Assembly (NCBI GenBank): GCA_030018265.1
Contig: JASEFX010000009.1
Coordinates: 838-64,837, forward strand
Source: Candidatus Saccharicenans sp.
GTDB taxonomy: Bacteria; Acidobacteriota; Aminicenantia; Aminicenantales; Saccharicenantaceae
Reading direction: 5' to 3'
Length of the DNA: 64,000 bases
Positions within the stretch are counted from its first letter, which is position 1. Each line of letters opens with the position of its first letter. Below, one piece after another: positions 16,049 to 25,163 of this stretch. The notes below the pieces were generated by a model that was not told the DNA's origin, did no database searches, and saw nothing but the letters and a program-made list of their open reading frames with translations. The translations under genes were made by a program, and so were the position numbers.

Positions 16049-16555
16049 ATGGAAGGAACTGAATTCCCCGGTGGAAAGAAGGCAATTTATCCCGGATCTT
16101 TCGACCCGATTACCAATGGTCATGTAGATATTATTCAAAGGGGGAAGAAGATTTTCGACAAAATTATTGTCGGGGTTCTGGATAACCCGAAAAAAATCCC
16201 TCTGTTTACCGCTGAGGAAAGAGTGGAATTGATCAGAAAGACGTTTGAAGGAGACGAAAGAGTGGAGGTAAAAACCTTCAGTGGCCTGCTGGTTGACTTT
16301 GCCCGGCAGAACCAGGCCAACGTGGTCATCAGAGGATTAAGGGCTATTTCCGATTTTGAATACGAATTCCAGATGGCTTTGATGAACAGAAAGCTGGCCA
16401 GCGAGATAGAAACTCTGTTTATGATGCCCAGCCTGAAATATTCATTCCTCAGTTCGAATCTGGTGAAGGAAGTGTTCCAGCTCGGCGGCTGCGTAAAAGA
16501 CCTGGTTCCGCCGGTGGTGGAAGAAGCACTGAAAGAGAAGCTCAAAAAAAAATGA
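16049..16555 (+). CDS. coaD: phosphopantetheine adenylyltransferase
   Basis: Motifs AIYPGSFDPITNGHVDII and RGLRAISDFEYE. Confidence 0.9.
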   Translation: MEGTEFPGGKKAIYPGSFDPITNGHVDIIQRGKKIFDKIIVGVLDNPKKIPLFTAEERVELIRKTFEGDERVEVKTFSGLLVDFARQNQANVVIRGLRAISDFEYEFQMALMNRKLASEIETLFMMPSLKYSFLSSNLVKEVFQLGGCVKDLVPPVVEEALKEKLKKK

Positions 16556-16580
16556 AATTTAATAAATAAAGGCGGTAAAA

Positions 16581-17657
16581 ATGTTCGGTTTATCAAAAGA
16601 AAAAAGCATTGTCGGGCTTGACATCGGATCTTATTCGATCAAGGCTGTTGAGTTAAAAATCAAGGAGAAAGGAGATACCACCAGGTACGAAGTTCAGAAA
16701 ATCGGCTACGAACCCCTTCCCCATGACGCTATAGTTGAAGGCACCATCATCGATTCCACTGCGGTCAGCGAAACGATTAAATTGCTGTTCGAAAACGCCA
16801 AAATTTCCAGCCGGGATGTGGCCATTGCCATCTCCGGAAACTCGGTCATCATCAAAAAGATCTCTCTTCCGGCCATGGACGAACAGGAACTGGCCGAGTC
16901 GATCATATGGGAAGCCAAGCATAACATTCCTTACAATTACGAGGAAACCAACGTTGATTACAACGTGATCAGGTCCCCGCGAAGCGCCGAGGGCATGGTT
17001 GACATCCTGCTGGTGGCTGCGAAGAAAGATAAAATTGCAAATTACAGCAACGCGGTGAGCATGGTCAGAAAGAATCTGGTGGCCATCGAAGTGGACATCT
17101 TCTCCCTGATTAACGCTTTTGAGATTAACTACCCGGAAATTTTCAAGGAAAAGACGGTAGCCCTGGTCAATATGGGAGCCAACATCACCAACGTCGGCAT
17201 CGTCGAGCGCGGAGTGCCCCAGCTGTTCCGTGACCTGGCGCTCGGCGGTTATTTCTTCACCGAAAACATCCGCAAGGAACTCAACGTTTCTTTCGAAGAA
17301 GCGGAGGCGGCCCTTAAAGGTATACCGGGCAAAAACATCAACAATGACCAGTTTGCTTCGGTTCTGACCATGAACATCAGAGACCTGCTGGATGAAATGG
17401 AAAAAACTTTCTCATTTTACGAGGCCGGCGAAAAGAGGGACCGCCGGATTGAACAGATCTTCCTCAGCGGCGGCCTGGCTCTTATCCCGAACATGGTCAG
17501 CGCCTTTGAGCTGAAGTTCAGAATCAAGACCGAGCTGCTGAATCCTTTCCGGAACATCAAATATGACCAGAAGAAATTTGAATCCATTTATTTTAATGAA
17601 ATGGCCCCTGTTTTCGGGGTGGCCGTTGGACTTTCAACGCGAAAGGCAGAGAAATGA
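16581..17657 (+). CDS. pilM: type IV pilus assembly protein PilM (actin-like ATPase fold)
   Basis: N-terminus GLDIGSYSIKAVEL. 358 aa. First gene of a pilMNOPQ gene order. Confidence 0.85.
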   Translation: MFGLSKEKSIVGLDIGSYSIKAVELKIKEKGDTTRYEVQKIGYEPLPHDAIVEGTIIDSTAVSETIKLLFENAKISSRDVAIAISGNSVIIKKISLPAMDEQELAESIIWEAKHNIPYNYEETNVDYNVIRSPRSAEGMVDILLVAAKKDKIANYSNAVSMVRKNLVAIEVDIFSLINAFEINYPEIFKEKTVALVNMGANITNVGIVERGVPQLFRDLALGGYFFTENIRKELNVSFEEAEAALKGIPGKNINNDQFASVLTMNIRDLLDEMEKTFSFYEAGEKRDRRIEQIFLSGGLALIPNMVSAFELKFRIKTELLNPFRNIKYDQKKFESIYFNEMAPVFGVAVGLSTRKAEK

Positions 17658-17660
17658 GCC

Positions 17661-18293
17661 ATGATCAGGATTAATTTATTAAAACCGGAAGCAAAGGAAG
17701 CAAGGGAACCTGTAAAACCAGGTTTACCCAGGGTAGTTAAGGAAAAGAAAAAAGCCAACATAGGAACCATCATCTTCCTGCTTCTCCTTGTCAGCCTGGC
17801 CGGCTACTATTTTTATCAACACTGGCAGATGCAGAAAGAACGTGAATTAATCGCCCAGGCTCAGCAGGAAAAGAACCAGCTTCAGTATGTGATAGCCAAG
17901 CTGGAAGAGGTCAAACTCCAGAAAGCTAATCTGGAAATGAAGATAAATCTTATCAGGCAGCTGAAAGCCAATCAGGATATTGCAGTGAGGATCATGTCGG
18001 AGATCAACCGGCGGATCCCTGACTATGTCTGGCTGAAAGAGGCCAGCTTTGACGGTCAGACGCTGAAGATCAAAGGCAACGCCATCTCCAACAATTTAAT
18101 CGCCGATTTCATAACCAACCTGGAGCGCAGCGAAACCTTCGGGCGGGTTGACCTTATCGTTTCCGCCCAGAAAAGCCAGGGAAATGTCACCTTTCTCGAA
18201 TTTGACATGACTGTCCCGGTGAAAAAGCCCCGGGCTGAACAACCGGCACCGGCTAAACCAGCCGCTCAGAAGCCAAGAAGGAGATTGCCATGA
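17661..18293 (+). CDS. pilN: type IV pilus assembly protein PilN
   Basis: MIRINLL N-terminus, a single TM segment, then a coiled coil. Position after pilM. Confidence 0.8.
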   Translation: MIRINLLKPEAKEAREPVKPGLPRVVKEKKKANIGTIIFLLLLVSLAGYYFYQHWQMQKERELIAQAQQEKNQLQYVIAKLEEVKLQKANLEMKINLIRQLKANQDIAVRIMSEINRRIPDYVWLKEASFDGQTLKIKGNAISNNLIADFITNLERSETFGRVDLIVSAQKSQGNVTFLEFDMTVPVKKPRAEQPAPAKPAAQKPRRRLP

Positions 18294-18874
18294 GAAACTG
18301 GCCCTGGTATGGATATTTAATACTGGCGGTGGTTATCTTCGCCCTGGTTTTCTTTTTCTACTTTAAGCCCAGAAACGAAGAGCTGCAGGATCTCCGGCAG
18401 CAGAGGGAAAAGCTGGAAAAAGAAGTCCAGGTGCTGAAGGAAAAGAAAAAAGAACTGGATAAGATTGAAGCGGAACTGGTGGTCCTGACCGCCACCCTGA
18501 AAGACCTGGAGCAGATTATTCCCCAGCAGAAAGAGATTGCCGAGATTTTGAGAAGAATCCAGCAGCTGGCCTATGATTCCCGGCTGAACGTTTTAAGATT
18601 TCAGCCGAAAGGTGAAGTCAAAAAGGATTTTTATGCCGAATGGCCAATTGATATTGAAATCTCAGGAACCTATCACAATCTCGGTATCTTTTTCGACAAG
18701 CTGAGCAATTTTGCCCGCTTATTCAACGTCAATAACTTCCAGATTAAAGCTCTGAGCAACCAGACCGAAAACCTGACGATCGGAGCAAAATTCATTACCA
18801 CCACCTATTATTTTCTCGAAGAGCAACCGACTCAGGCGAAAACCGCAGCCAGAACACAATCGCAGGGGAAATAA
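18290..18874 (+). CDS. pilO: type IV pilus assembly protein PilO
   Basis: TM segment plus coiled coil plus ferredoxin-like C-terminus. ATGA overlap with pilN. Confidence 0.75.
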   Translation: MRNWPWYGYLILAVVIFALVFFFYFKPRNEELQDLRQQREKLEKEVQVLKEKKKELDKIEAELVVLTATLKDLEQIIPQQKEIAEILRRIQQLAYDSRLNVLRFQPKGEVKKDFYAEWPIDIEISGTYHNLGIFFDKLSNFARLFNVNNFQIKALSNQTENLTIGAKFITTTYYFLEEQPTQAKTAARTQSQGK

Positions 18875-18875
18875 C

Positions 18876-19358
18876 ATGAGAAAGACAATCATATTTTTAA
18901 CGGTTTTGCTGGTGACAGGGCTTTCTGCCTGGCTGACGGCTGCCGCCTATGGCCAGGAAGTGCAGCAGGGCAGCCAGCAGGAAACGCTCATCTCTCCCCA
19001 GCAGGCTTTGAGCAACCTTCCCTTGAGAGCTTCCTATGACCCTGGCGGAAGAAGGGATCCCTTTTTCGACCTTATCGGCAGGGGTTCTGGAAGCGGCAAG
19101 GCTGCAGTGGCTGAAGGCCAGCTGACCATCGATAACTCCAAGCTGGTTGGGATTGTCAAAACCCCGAAAGGATATGTGGCCATAATTTCTGGACCTCAGG
19201 AATTCCCTTATTTCTTGAAAGTCGGAGATCGGCTGGCAGATGGCTATATCCTGTCAATCAATGACTCAAAAGTAATTTTCCGCAAGACTCATGAGAGGGG
19301 AATACCCCTTATGAGGCCCAGGGATGTTGTTAAAGAAATTAATCCGGAGGAGCGTTAA
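18876..19358 (+). CDS. pilP: PilP-like pilus assembly protein
   Basis: Signal peptide, an RRDPF motif and a C-terminal beta domain (LVGIV..AIISG...VGDRLADGYILSI). Lies between pilO and pilQ. Confidence 0.65.
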   Translation: MRKTIIFLTVLLVTGLSAWLTAAAYGQEVQQGSQQETLISPQQALSNLPLRASYDPGGRRDPFFDLIGRGSGSGKAAVAEGQLTIDNSKLVGIVKTPKGYVAIISGPQEFPYFLKVGDRLADGYILSINDSKVIFRKTHERGIPLMRPRDVVKEINPEER

Positions 19359-19359
19359 C

Positions 19360-21639
19360 ATGAAAAGGAATGTTTGTCGGCTATTTCTGACGGCAATAAA
19401 TTTAATACTGATTACAGCTTTAACCGTACAGGCTGCAGAACTAAGCAAAATTGAAGTTAAGCCGGGTCTGCTCTCTACCAGAATTCTTCTGAAGACTGAT
19501 AGCCCTGTGCAGATCAGAAATCTCAACTATCTATCTGAAACTCCGCCTGTCCTTTCGGTTGAGCTCCTCGGTACCAGACCGGTGGAAATCCCGGCCACGC
19601 TGGAACCTTCCAGCAGACTGGTCAGCAGCATTCAGCTCCAGCCCGCCGGCGAAAACTTGCGGATACTTATAAAACTCAAAGAAAAAGTTCCTTTCCGACT
19701 GCTGTTCGAAAACGGCCAGGCAGCGATCGAACTCACAGAATTTCTCAGAGCTTCTTCTTACCAGATTGACCAGGCGATAGTCTCTCTAATCCGCCCGGAC
19801 AACCAGATAAGTTTCTCCGACCTGAATGTGAAGAACGAAACAGACAGAATTACTTTCCTGGTGGGGCTTACCGGTCAGCCGCTGATACAGACTTTTGCTC
19901 TGGAAAATCCCAGCCGCCTGGTGATTGACCTGCTCAACACCACTCTTTCCAGACCCGGTCAGTCCTATCAGGTCGGCCGGGCTAATGTGGAAAGAGTGAG
20001 GGTAGCGCAATTTAAGAGCGGTGATCCATGCCCGATCACCAGGCTGGTGTTTGACCTGAAAGAAGCCGGACAGTATTCGCTCGATATGACCGGCCGGGGA
20101 CTGCAGATTTCCTTTTATGACCGGGAGGGAATAGCTATCGCTCAAAAGAATGAAGAAACCAGGAAGCCAGAACCGCCAAAAGCAACTCTCTCTGCGGCCA
20201 TTCCGGCTGCCGCTCCTCAACCATCCGCTCCAGAGAAAAAAGAAACCAGACCGGAACCGGCGCCGGTCAGAACGGTCGCTGAACCGGTCGAATTAAAAGC
20301 TGAACCTGAACCAAAAGTGACCAAACCGGCAGCTCAGGAAAAAGAGCAGTTCAAACCCCGGGTGATACAGACGGTTGAAGATAAATATTCAGGAGAGTTG
20401 ATCAGCCTGAAGTTCAAGGATGCTGACCTGAGAGACGTGGTGCTATTCCTGGCAGATTTTGCCGGGTTGAACGTGATTTTCGACCCTGAAGTCAGGGGCA
20501 CGGTAACCTGCAATCTGCAGCAGGTGCCGTGGGATCAGGCGCTGGAAATCGTCCTTCGCCAGAACCGGATGGGCAAGGTTATTGAAGGCAACGTTCTGAG
20601 AATAGCCCCGATGTCCACGCTGGCCAGGGAAGACGAAGAGCTGAGAAGAGTTAAAGAAAGCAAGGAACTGGCAGGACCCATACAGGTTAAAACCATAACT
20701 CTTTCTTACTCCAAAGCGAGAGACGTCCAGGCACTCCTGAAGAGCCGGTTATCCAGGAGCGGCGAAATCGTCATAGATGAAAGAACCAACACCCTGATCA
20801 TCAGCGAGGTGCGCGACCGCATGGAACTAATCGAAAGATTGATCAGCGTTCTCGACACTCCCACCCCGCAGGTTTCCATCGAGGCCAGAATTGTTGAAGC
20901 CACCTCCACCTTTATCAGAAACCTTGGCATTCAGTGGGGCTATAAAGGAGTTATCGACCCGTTCTACGGGAATCAGACAGCCATTTCCTTCCCCAACAAG
21001 ATCCTGGCTGACGGGTCGATGATTCCTCAGGGAATCGTGACTAAAGGCATCGGCGGACCGCTGGGTGGCTATGCCATAAACCTGCCCGCGCCGGCTTTTA
21101 ACACCGCGGTTGGTTTCTCCTTTGCCAACATAATGGACACTTTCAGACTGGACGTGGCTCTTTCCGCTCTGGAAACCAGCGGTCAGGGCCGCATCATATC
21201 TTCTCCCAAGGTAACCACCCAGAATAACCAGCCGGCTGAAATCGTTCAGGGCCGTCAGATCCCTGTTCAAACAGTGGCCAACTTCACCGTCACGACGAGA
21301 TACGTCAACGCCGCTCTGGAACTTCGAGCGACTCCCCAGATCACAGCTGAAGGCACGATAATAATGAGCATAGAAATCCAGAATAACGCGGCTGATTTCG
21401 CCAACCTGGTCAACAACATTCCGCCAATCACCACCCAGAGCGCCAAAACCACAGTGATGGTGCCTGACGGTGGAACGACGGTTATCGGCGGAATATACCG
21501 GACAGAAGACTCAATAACCAGAGAACGGGTTCCCTATCTCCACAGCATCCCTGTACTTGGCGGTCTCTTCCGCTCCTTTGCCAGAACAAAACAGAACAGG
21601 GAACTGCTTATATTTATCACGCCAAGGATTATCAAATAA
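19360..21639 (+). CDS. pilQ: type IV pilus secretin PilQ (two AMIN-like repeats, P/A/E-rich linker, secretin core)
   Basis: Secretin C-terminus GGTTVIGGIY..VPYLHSIPVLGGLFR..ELLIFITPRII. I chose the ATG at 19360, after GGAGGAG and 2 nt past the pilP stop, over the track start 19324. Confidence 0.9.
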   Translation: MKRNVCRLFLTAINLILITALTVQAAELSKIEVKPGLLSTRILLKTDSPVQIRNLNYLSETPPVLSVELLGTRPVEIPATLEPSSRLVSSIQLQPAGENLRILIKLKEKVPFRLLFENGQAAIELTEFLRASSYQIDQAIVSLIRPDNQISFSDLNVKNETDRITFLVGLTGQPLIQTFALENPSRLVIDLLNTTLSRPGQSYQVGRANVERVRVAQFKSGDPCPITRLVFDLKEAGQYSLDMTGRGLQISFYDREGIAIAQKNEETRKPEPPKATLSAAIPAAAPQPSAPEKKETRPEPAPVRTVAEPVELKAEPEPKVTKPAAQEKEQFKPRVIQTVEDKYSGELISLKFKDADLRDVVLFLADFAGLNVIFDPEVRGTVTCNLQQVPWDQALEIVLRQNRMGKVIEGNVLRIAPMSTLAREDEELRRVKESKELAGPIQVKTITLSYSKARDVQALLKSRLSRSGEIVIDERTNTLIISEVRDRMELIERLISVLDTPTPQVSIEARIVEATSTFIRNLGIQWGYKGVIDPFYGNQTAISFPNKILADGSMIPQGIVTKGIGGPLGGYAINLPAPAFNTAVGFSFANIMDTFRLDVALSALETSGQGRIISSPKVTTQNNQPAEIVQGRQIPVQTVANFTVTTRYVNAALELRATPQITAEGTIIMSIEIQNNAADFANLVNNIPPITTQSAKTTVMVPDGGTTVIGGIYRTEDSITRERVPYLHSIPVLGGLFRSFARTKQNRELLIFITPRIIK

Positions 21640-21659
21640 CCAAATAGGAGAAGAAAAAC

Positions 21660-22241
21660 ATGAAGAAAATTACTTCCAGCTTAAAGATAATAGCGATAAT
21701 TACCCTCGGTTTGATGTTTTTCTCCTGCAACCCGGTCGAAAATGACTCAAAATCCGCAAGTCTGTTGATCATAGAGAACATCGTCGGCAAAGATAACCAG
21801 GGAAATGACTCGACCGTGGTCTATTCTGATGTCCTGAGAAACGGAATTGCTTACTCTGATTTTGTCACTATTACCCTGAGAGCTGCCACCAAAGACCCGA
21901 ATCCGGTGATGGGCGTTTCTCAATACAGCGACATAATGGTTACAAATTACACGGTTACCTACACCAGAAGCGACGGAGCTACAGGAGAAGGGACGGATGT
22001 CCCCTATCACTTCGAAGGATATCTATCAACCCTCGTCCGGGTAGGTTCCAGCGTGAGCATTCCGCTGATGATAGTGAGGGACATCGCCAAAACTCAGCCG
22101 CCCCTGAGTGGTCTGGCCGGAACAAATAACATTCTTGAGTGCAAAGCGACGATCGAACTGATAGGACACGACCTGAGAAACAGAAAGGTCACCCAGAAGG
22201 GAGAAATAACCGTACGTTTCGCTGATTTCCAGGACGAGTAA
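21660..22241 (+). CDS. lipoprotein of unknown function, last gene of the pil operon
   Basis: Lipobox LMFFSC. AGGAGAAG SD. Starts 20 nt after the pilQ stop. Predicted mostly beta. Confidence 0.75.
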   Translation: MKKITSSLKIIAIITLGLMFFSCNPVENDSKSASLLIIENIVGKDNQGNDSTVVYSDVLRNGIAYSDFVTITLRAATKDPNPVMGVSQYSDIMVTNYTVTYTRSDGATGEGTDVPYHFEGYLSTLVRVGSSVSIPLMIVRDIAKTQPPLSGLAGTNNILECKATIELIGHDLRNRKVTQKGEITVRFADFQDE

Positions 22242-22290
22242 CAGAATTAAATCAGTCTTTTTTTTGAAGAAAAAGAAAGGCGTTTTTAAT

Positions 22291-24423
22291 TCAGTCAAAA
22301 ATTCTTGCCCTTAATCTAAGAGCTGGTTTTTTTTGACGAAATTCTATCAAATAAGAGAGAATTTCCGTTTCTGCTGCCGGTAACCTTATAAGCAGCTTCA
22401 CTTCCCGCTGTCCTTTTTTCCACTTTTTTCTTGTCAGTTTCGGTCCGATAAGCTCGAGTGTCGGAAAATCAGCGTGCAGGCTCTCAAGAAGAAGCCTTGA
22501 CCCCCGGCCTGAACTGCGGAGAGATCTTCCCTCGATGCCTATCTCCAGAAGGCTGCTGAAGGGCGGATAGTTTAAGAGCTGACGGTAGTCAATTTCACGA
22601 CGATAAAAATTTTCATAATCTCCACAAACCGCCAGAGTGAGCATTTCGGGCGGAGGTCCTGAAGTCAGGACCACCAGCCTGGATTTCTCATCATTTTTAA
22701 GAAGCTCTCTGGCCCTGGAGATTCTCGAGTATGTCTTTTCTCCTGCCTGAAAATCAGGCAGGTTGAGAGTAAACTCAGGGCTCAGAAGAACCAGCCAGGA
22801 GAAACTCTTCTCAGGAAGACGGCTGAGAGCATAATCAGTTCCAACCACCAGAGAACTTCTGCCTGCCATTATTCTTTTCAGAGCTTTTCGGCAGTCTCTT
22901 TCTTCAGCTCCTTCTTCCAGCAACTCAACCGCTTTTCCCGGGAACAGGCGTTCCAGCTGTTCCTTCAGAAACTGGCTTCCCTTTCCTCTCCCAGGGCGCA
23001 ATTTTTGCTGACACACAGGGCAGCTATCAGGAACAGGATTTTTCATCCCGCAATAATCGCAAATCAGTTCCCCCTCATTCATGTCAAGCTTAAGAGGAAT
23101 GCGGCATTTCTCACAGCGTGCTACAAAACCGCAGCCGGGACAATAAACATACCCGGCATATCCTTTGCGATTCACCAGAAAGAACACCTTTTCTCCTTCC
23201 TCAAGCTTCCTGGCCACTTCCTGTCCGAAATTCCCCTTCAACAATTTGACCGCATCCTGCCGATGGAATTCCACGGTGTACTTTACTTCTTCTTTACCCA
23301 GGTCAATCACGGTAGCTTTCTGCTGATGATGAAAGTACGTGCTCACCCGGGGACAATCAGACATCTGTATGACCAGGCCATTTTCCAGCAGGGCTCTGAG
23401 AGAAGCCGCCTCCCTGACATCAAAGGAAGGCCCTTCTGTCTGGTAATAATTCTCATCCTGCTCTTCATCTATTATGATCAGAGATAAAGGTTCAAGCGGG
23501 AGAAACAGAGCAGCCCTGGTGCCCAGAATTATCCGGACCTGCCCGGAACTGAGCTGCCTCCAGGTTTCGCTTTTCTGTTTTCCGGTAAGCTGACTGTGCC
23601 AGACCACTGCTGGCCAGGGAAAACTTTTCTGAAACCTCTGGAACCTTTCCAGCCGCTGAATCTCAGGCACCAGAATCAGAGTAAAGCCAATATTGCTACT
23701 GTTAAATTCCACCACGGGTTTAAGAAACTCCAGCCTTCTTTCGAATTCACCGGTCAGCAGGAAACTTCCTCCGCTTCGTTTCTCCAGAGCTTCGATAATC
23801 TTTTTCGCCGGTTCAGGCATCCCCTCGGGCCAGACAGGTAGCGCAAGCTGCTGGAAGTGAGGCTTTACCGCTGAGGTTTGCTGCTTTTTCCTTATCTTTT
23901 TTTCCTTTACAACTATCAGACCTTCTCCTGCAAGCTCTTTTACCAGCGGGCTGATTTCCTTTATTTTTAGCGCTCTCCGTATGTACAGCGGGCTCAAGTC
24001 CCGGTCTTTAAGCATAGTCAGAATCTCCCGGCGGCGGCCCTTTATCCTGCCTGAATCCAGTTCGGTCAGCCCCTTTTCGGTAATGGCCAGCTTCATCCGG
24101 ACTTTCTGTCTGACGGCCGGAGGCTCGGCCATCTCCAGAAACAAACCGGGGGCGGAAAGTGATCTTCTGGAGAGTTCTGTGGCCAGTTTTATCAATTTTT
24201 CCGGCAGAACGAATTCTTCACAGCCGTCGACCTCCTTGACCTCGAACTCGGGTTCGCGCTCGAGCTTTTTAATTTCAACCACATATCCGGCAAGCTTTCT
24301 CGGCCCCAGCGGCGCCAGCACCCGGGAGCCGATTCTTACCACTTGCTCCAGATGCTCCGGCAAACGATAGAGAAAAGTTTGAAAAACCGGGAGGGGAAAA
24401 ATGACTTCACAGTAGATGGACAT
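22291..24423 (-). CDS. priA: PriA-like primosomal protein N' with degenerate helicase/ATPase motifs
   Basis: Collinear with PriA. It has the N-terminal 3'-DNA-binding region, LVPEI, GTRAALF, FLVNRKGYA, and all 8 Cys of the Cys-rich zinc region (CPGCG..CEKC..CDYCG..CPVC). However, Walker A is TGEFERRLE and DEEH is DEEQ. Confidence 0.8.
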   Translation of the reverse strand: MSIYCEVIFPLPVFQTFLYRLPEHLEQVVRIGSRVLAPLGPRKLAGYVVEIKKLEREPEFEVKEVDGCEEFVLPEKLIKLATELSRRSLSAPGLFLEMAEPPAVRQKVRMKLAITEKGLTELDSGRIKGRRREILTMLKDRDLSPLYIRRALKIKEISPLVKELAGEGLIVVKEKKIRKKQQTSAVKPHFQQLALPVWPEGMPEPAKKIIEALEKRSGGSFLLTGEFERRLEFLKPVVEFNSSNIGFTLILVPEIQRLERFQRFQKSFPWPAVVWHSQLTGKQKSETWRQLSSGQVRIILGTRAALFLPLEPLSLIIIDEEQDENYYQTEGPSFDVREAASLRALLENGLVIQMSDCPRVSTYFHHQQKATVIDLGKEEVKYTVEFHRQDAVKLLKGNFGQEVARKLEEGEKVFFLVNRKGYAGYVYCPGCGFVARCEKCRIPLKLDMNEGELICDYCGMKNPVPDSCPVCQQKLRPGRGKGSQFLKEQLERLFPGKAVELLEEGAEERDCRKALKRIMAGRSSLVVGTDYALSRLPEKSFSWLVLLSPEFTLNLPDFQAGEKTYSRISRARELLKNDEKSRLVVLTSGPPPEMLTLAVCGDYENFYRREIDYRQLLNYPPFSSLLEIGIEGRSLRSSGRGSRLLLESLHADFPTLELIGPKLTRKKWKKGQREVKLLIRLPAAETEILSYLIEFRQKKPALRLRARIFD

Positions 24424-25163
24424 CAGGGTTTCAACAGCTGGAGAACTTTTTTCATGTCTTCCCAGACCATTCTCTTGATTTCTTTATTGCCCTCGTTTCT
24501 CACCAGATAAGAGGGATGGAAGGTGGGCATAACCGGAATTCCCTGAAACTGGCCAAACTTCCCCCTGACCTCAGACATGCTCCTGGCGCCGGGAAGAAGA
24601 AAATCAACGGCCACCTTGCCGAGAGCCACTATCACCTTCGGTTTGACCAGTTCAATCTGCCGAAGAAGAAAAGGAGAACAGGCTTTCACTTCATCAGGCT
24701 TGGGAGTGCGATTTTCAGGTGGCCGGCATTTAATCACGTTCGCAATGTAGACTTCTTCCCGGCTGAAACCCATCGCCTGAATAATTTTCGTCAGCAGCTG
24801 CCCGGCACGGCCGACAAACGGCCTTCCCTGCAGGTCTTCATCCCGACCGGGGGCTTCTCCGACAAACATCAATCTCGCCTGACGGTTACCCTCACCGGGA
24901 ACCGCCTGGGTTCTTCCCCTGTAAAGAGGGCATGCCTGACAGGTAAGTATTTTCCTGATAAGCCTGTCCCATTCCGCCTGAACATCGGCTTCCTGACTCT
25001 GATTCAAACCCGGTGAAATCAGAAGAGGATTATCTTTCTTCATTTCTTCCTGCTTTCTGGCTGGCTCTCCGGAAATTATCAAGAATTCCACTCCGAGGTC
25101 ACGGAAAAATTCCAGCCGCTCTCTTATCTTTTCGAGGTCTTCAAATCTGTCTTCGCCGTTCAT
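24423..25163 (-). CDS. uracil-DNA glycosylase, family 4 (Fe-S type) with ~70-aa N-terminal extension
   Basis: Motifs [49 protein letters not shown] and FHPSYLVRN. Confidence 0.85.
   Translation of the reverse strand: MNGEDRFEDLEKIRERLEFFRDLGVEFLIISGEPARKQEEMKKDNPLLISPGLNQSQEADVQAEWDRLIRKILTCQACPLYRGRTQAVPGEGNRQARLMFVGEAPGRDEDLQGRPFVGRAGQLLTKIIQAMGFSREEVYIANVIKCRPPENRTPKPDEVKACSPFLLRQIELVKPKVIVALGKVAVDFLLPGARSMSEVRGKFGQFQGIPVMPTFHPSYLVRNEGNKEIKRMVWEDMKKVLQLLKP

Noticed and set aside
19324-19359. The upstream start for pilQ given in the ORF track (MLLKKLIRRSVN...).
   Set aside because: It would overlap pilP by 35 nt and has no SD. The ATG at 19360 follows GGAGGAG and begins a typical signal peptide.
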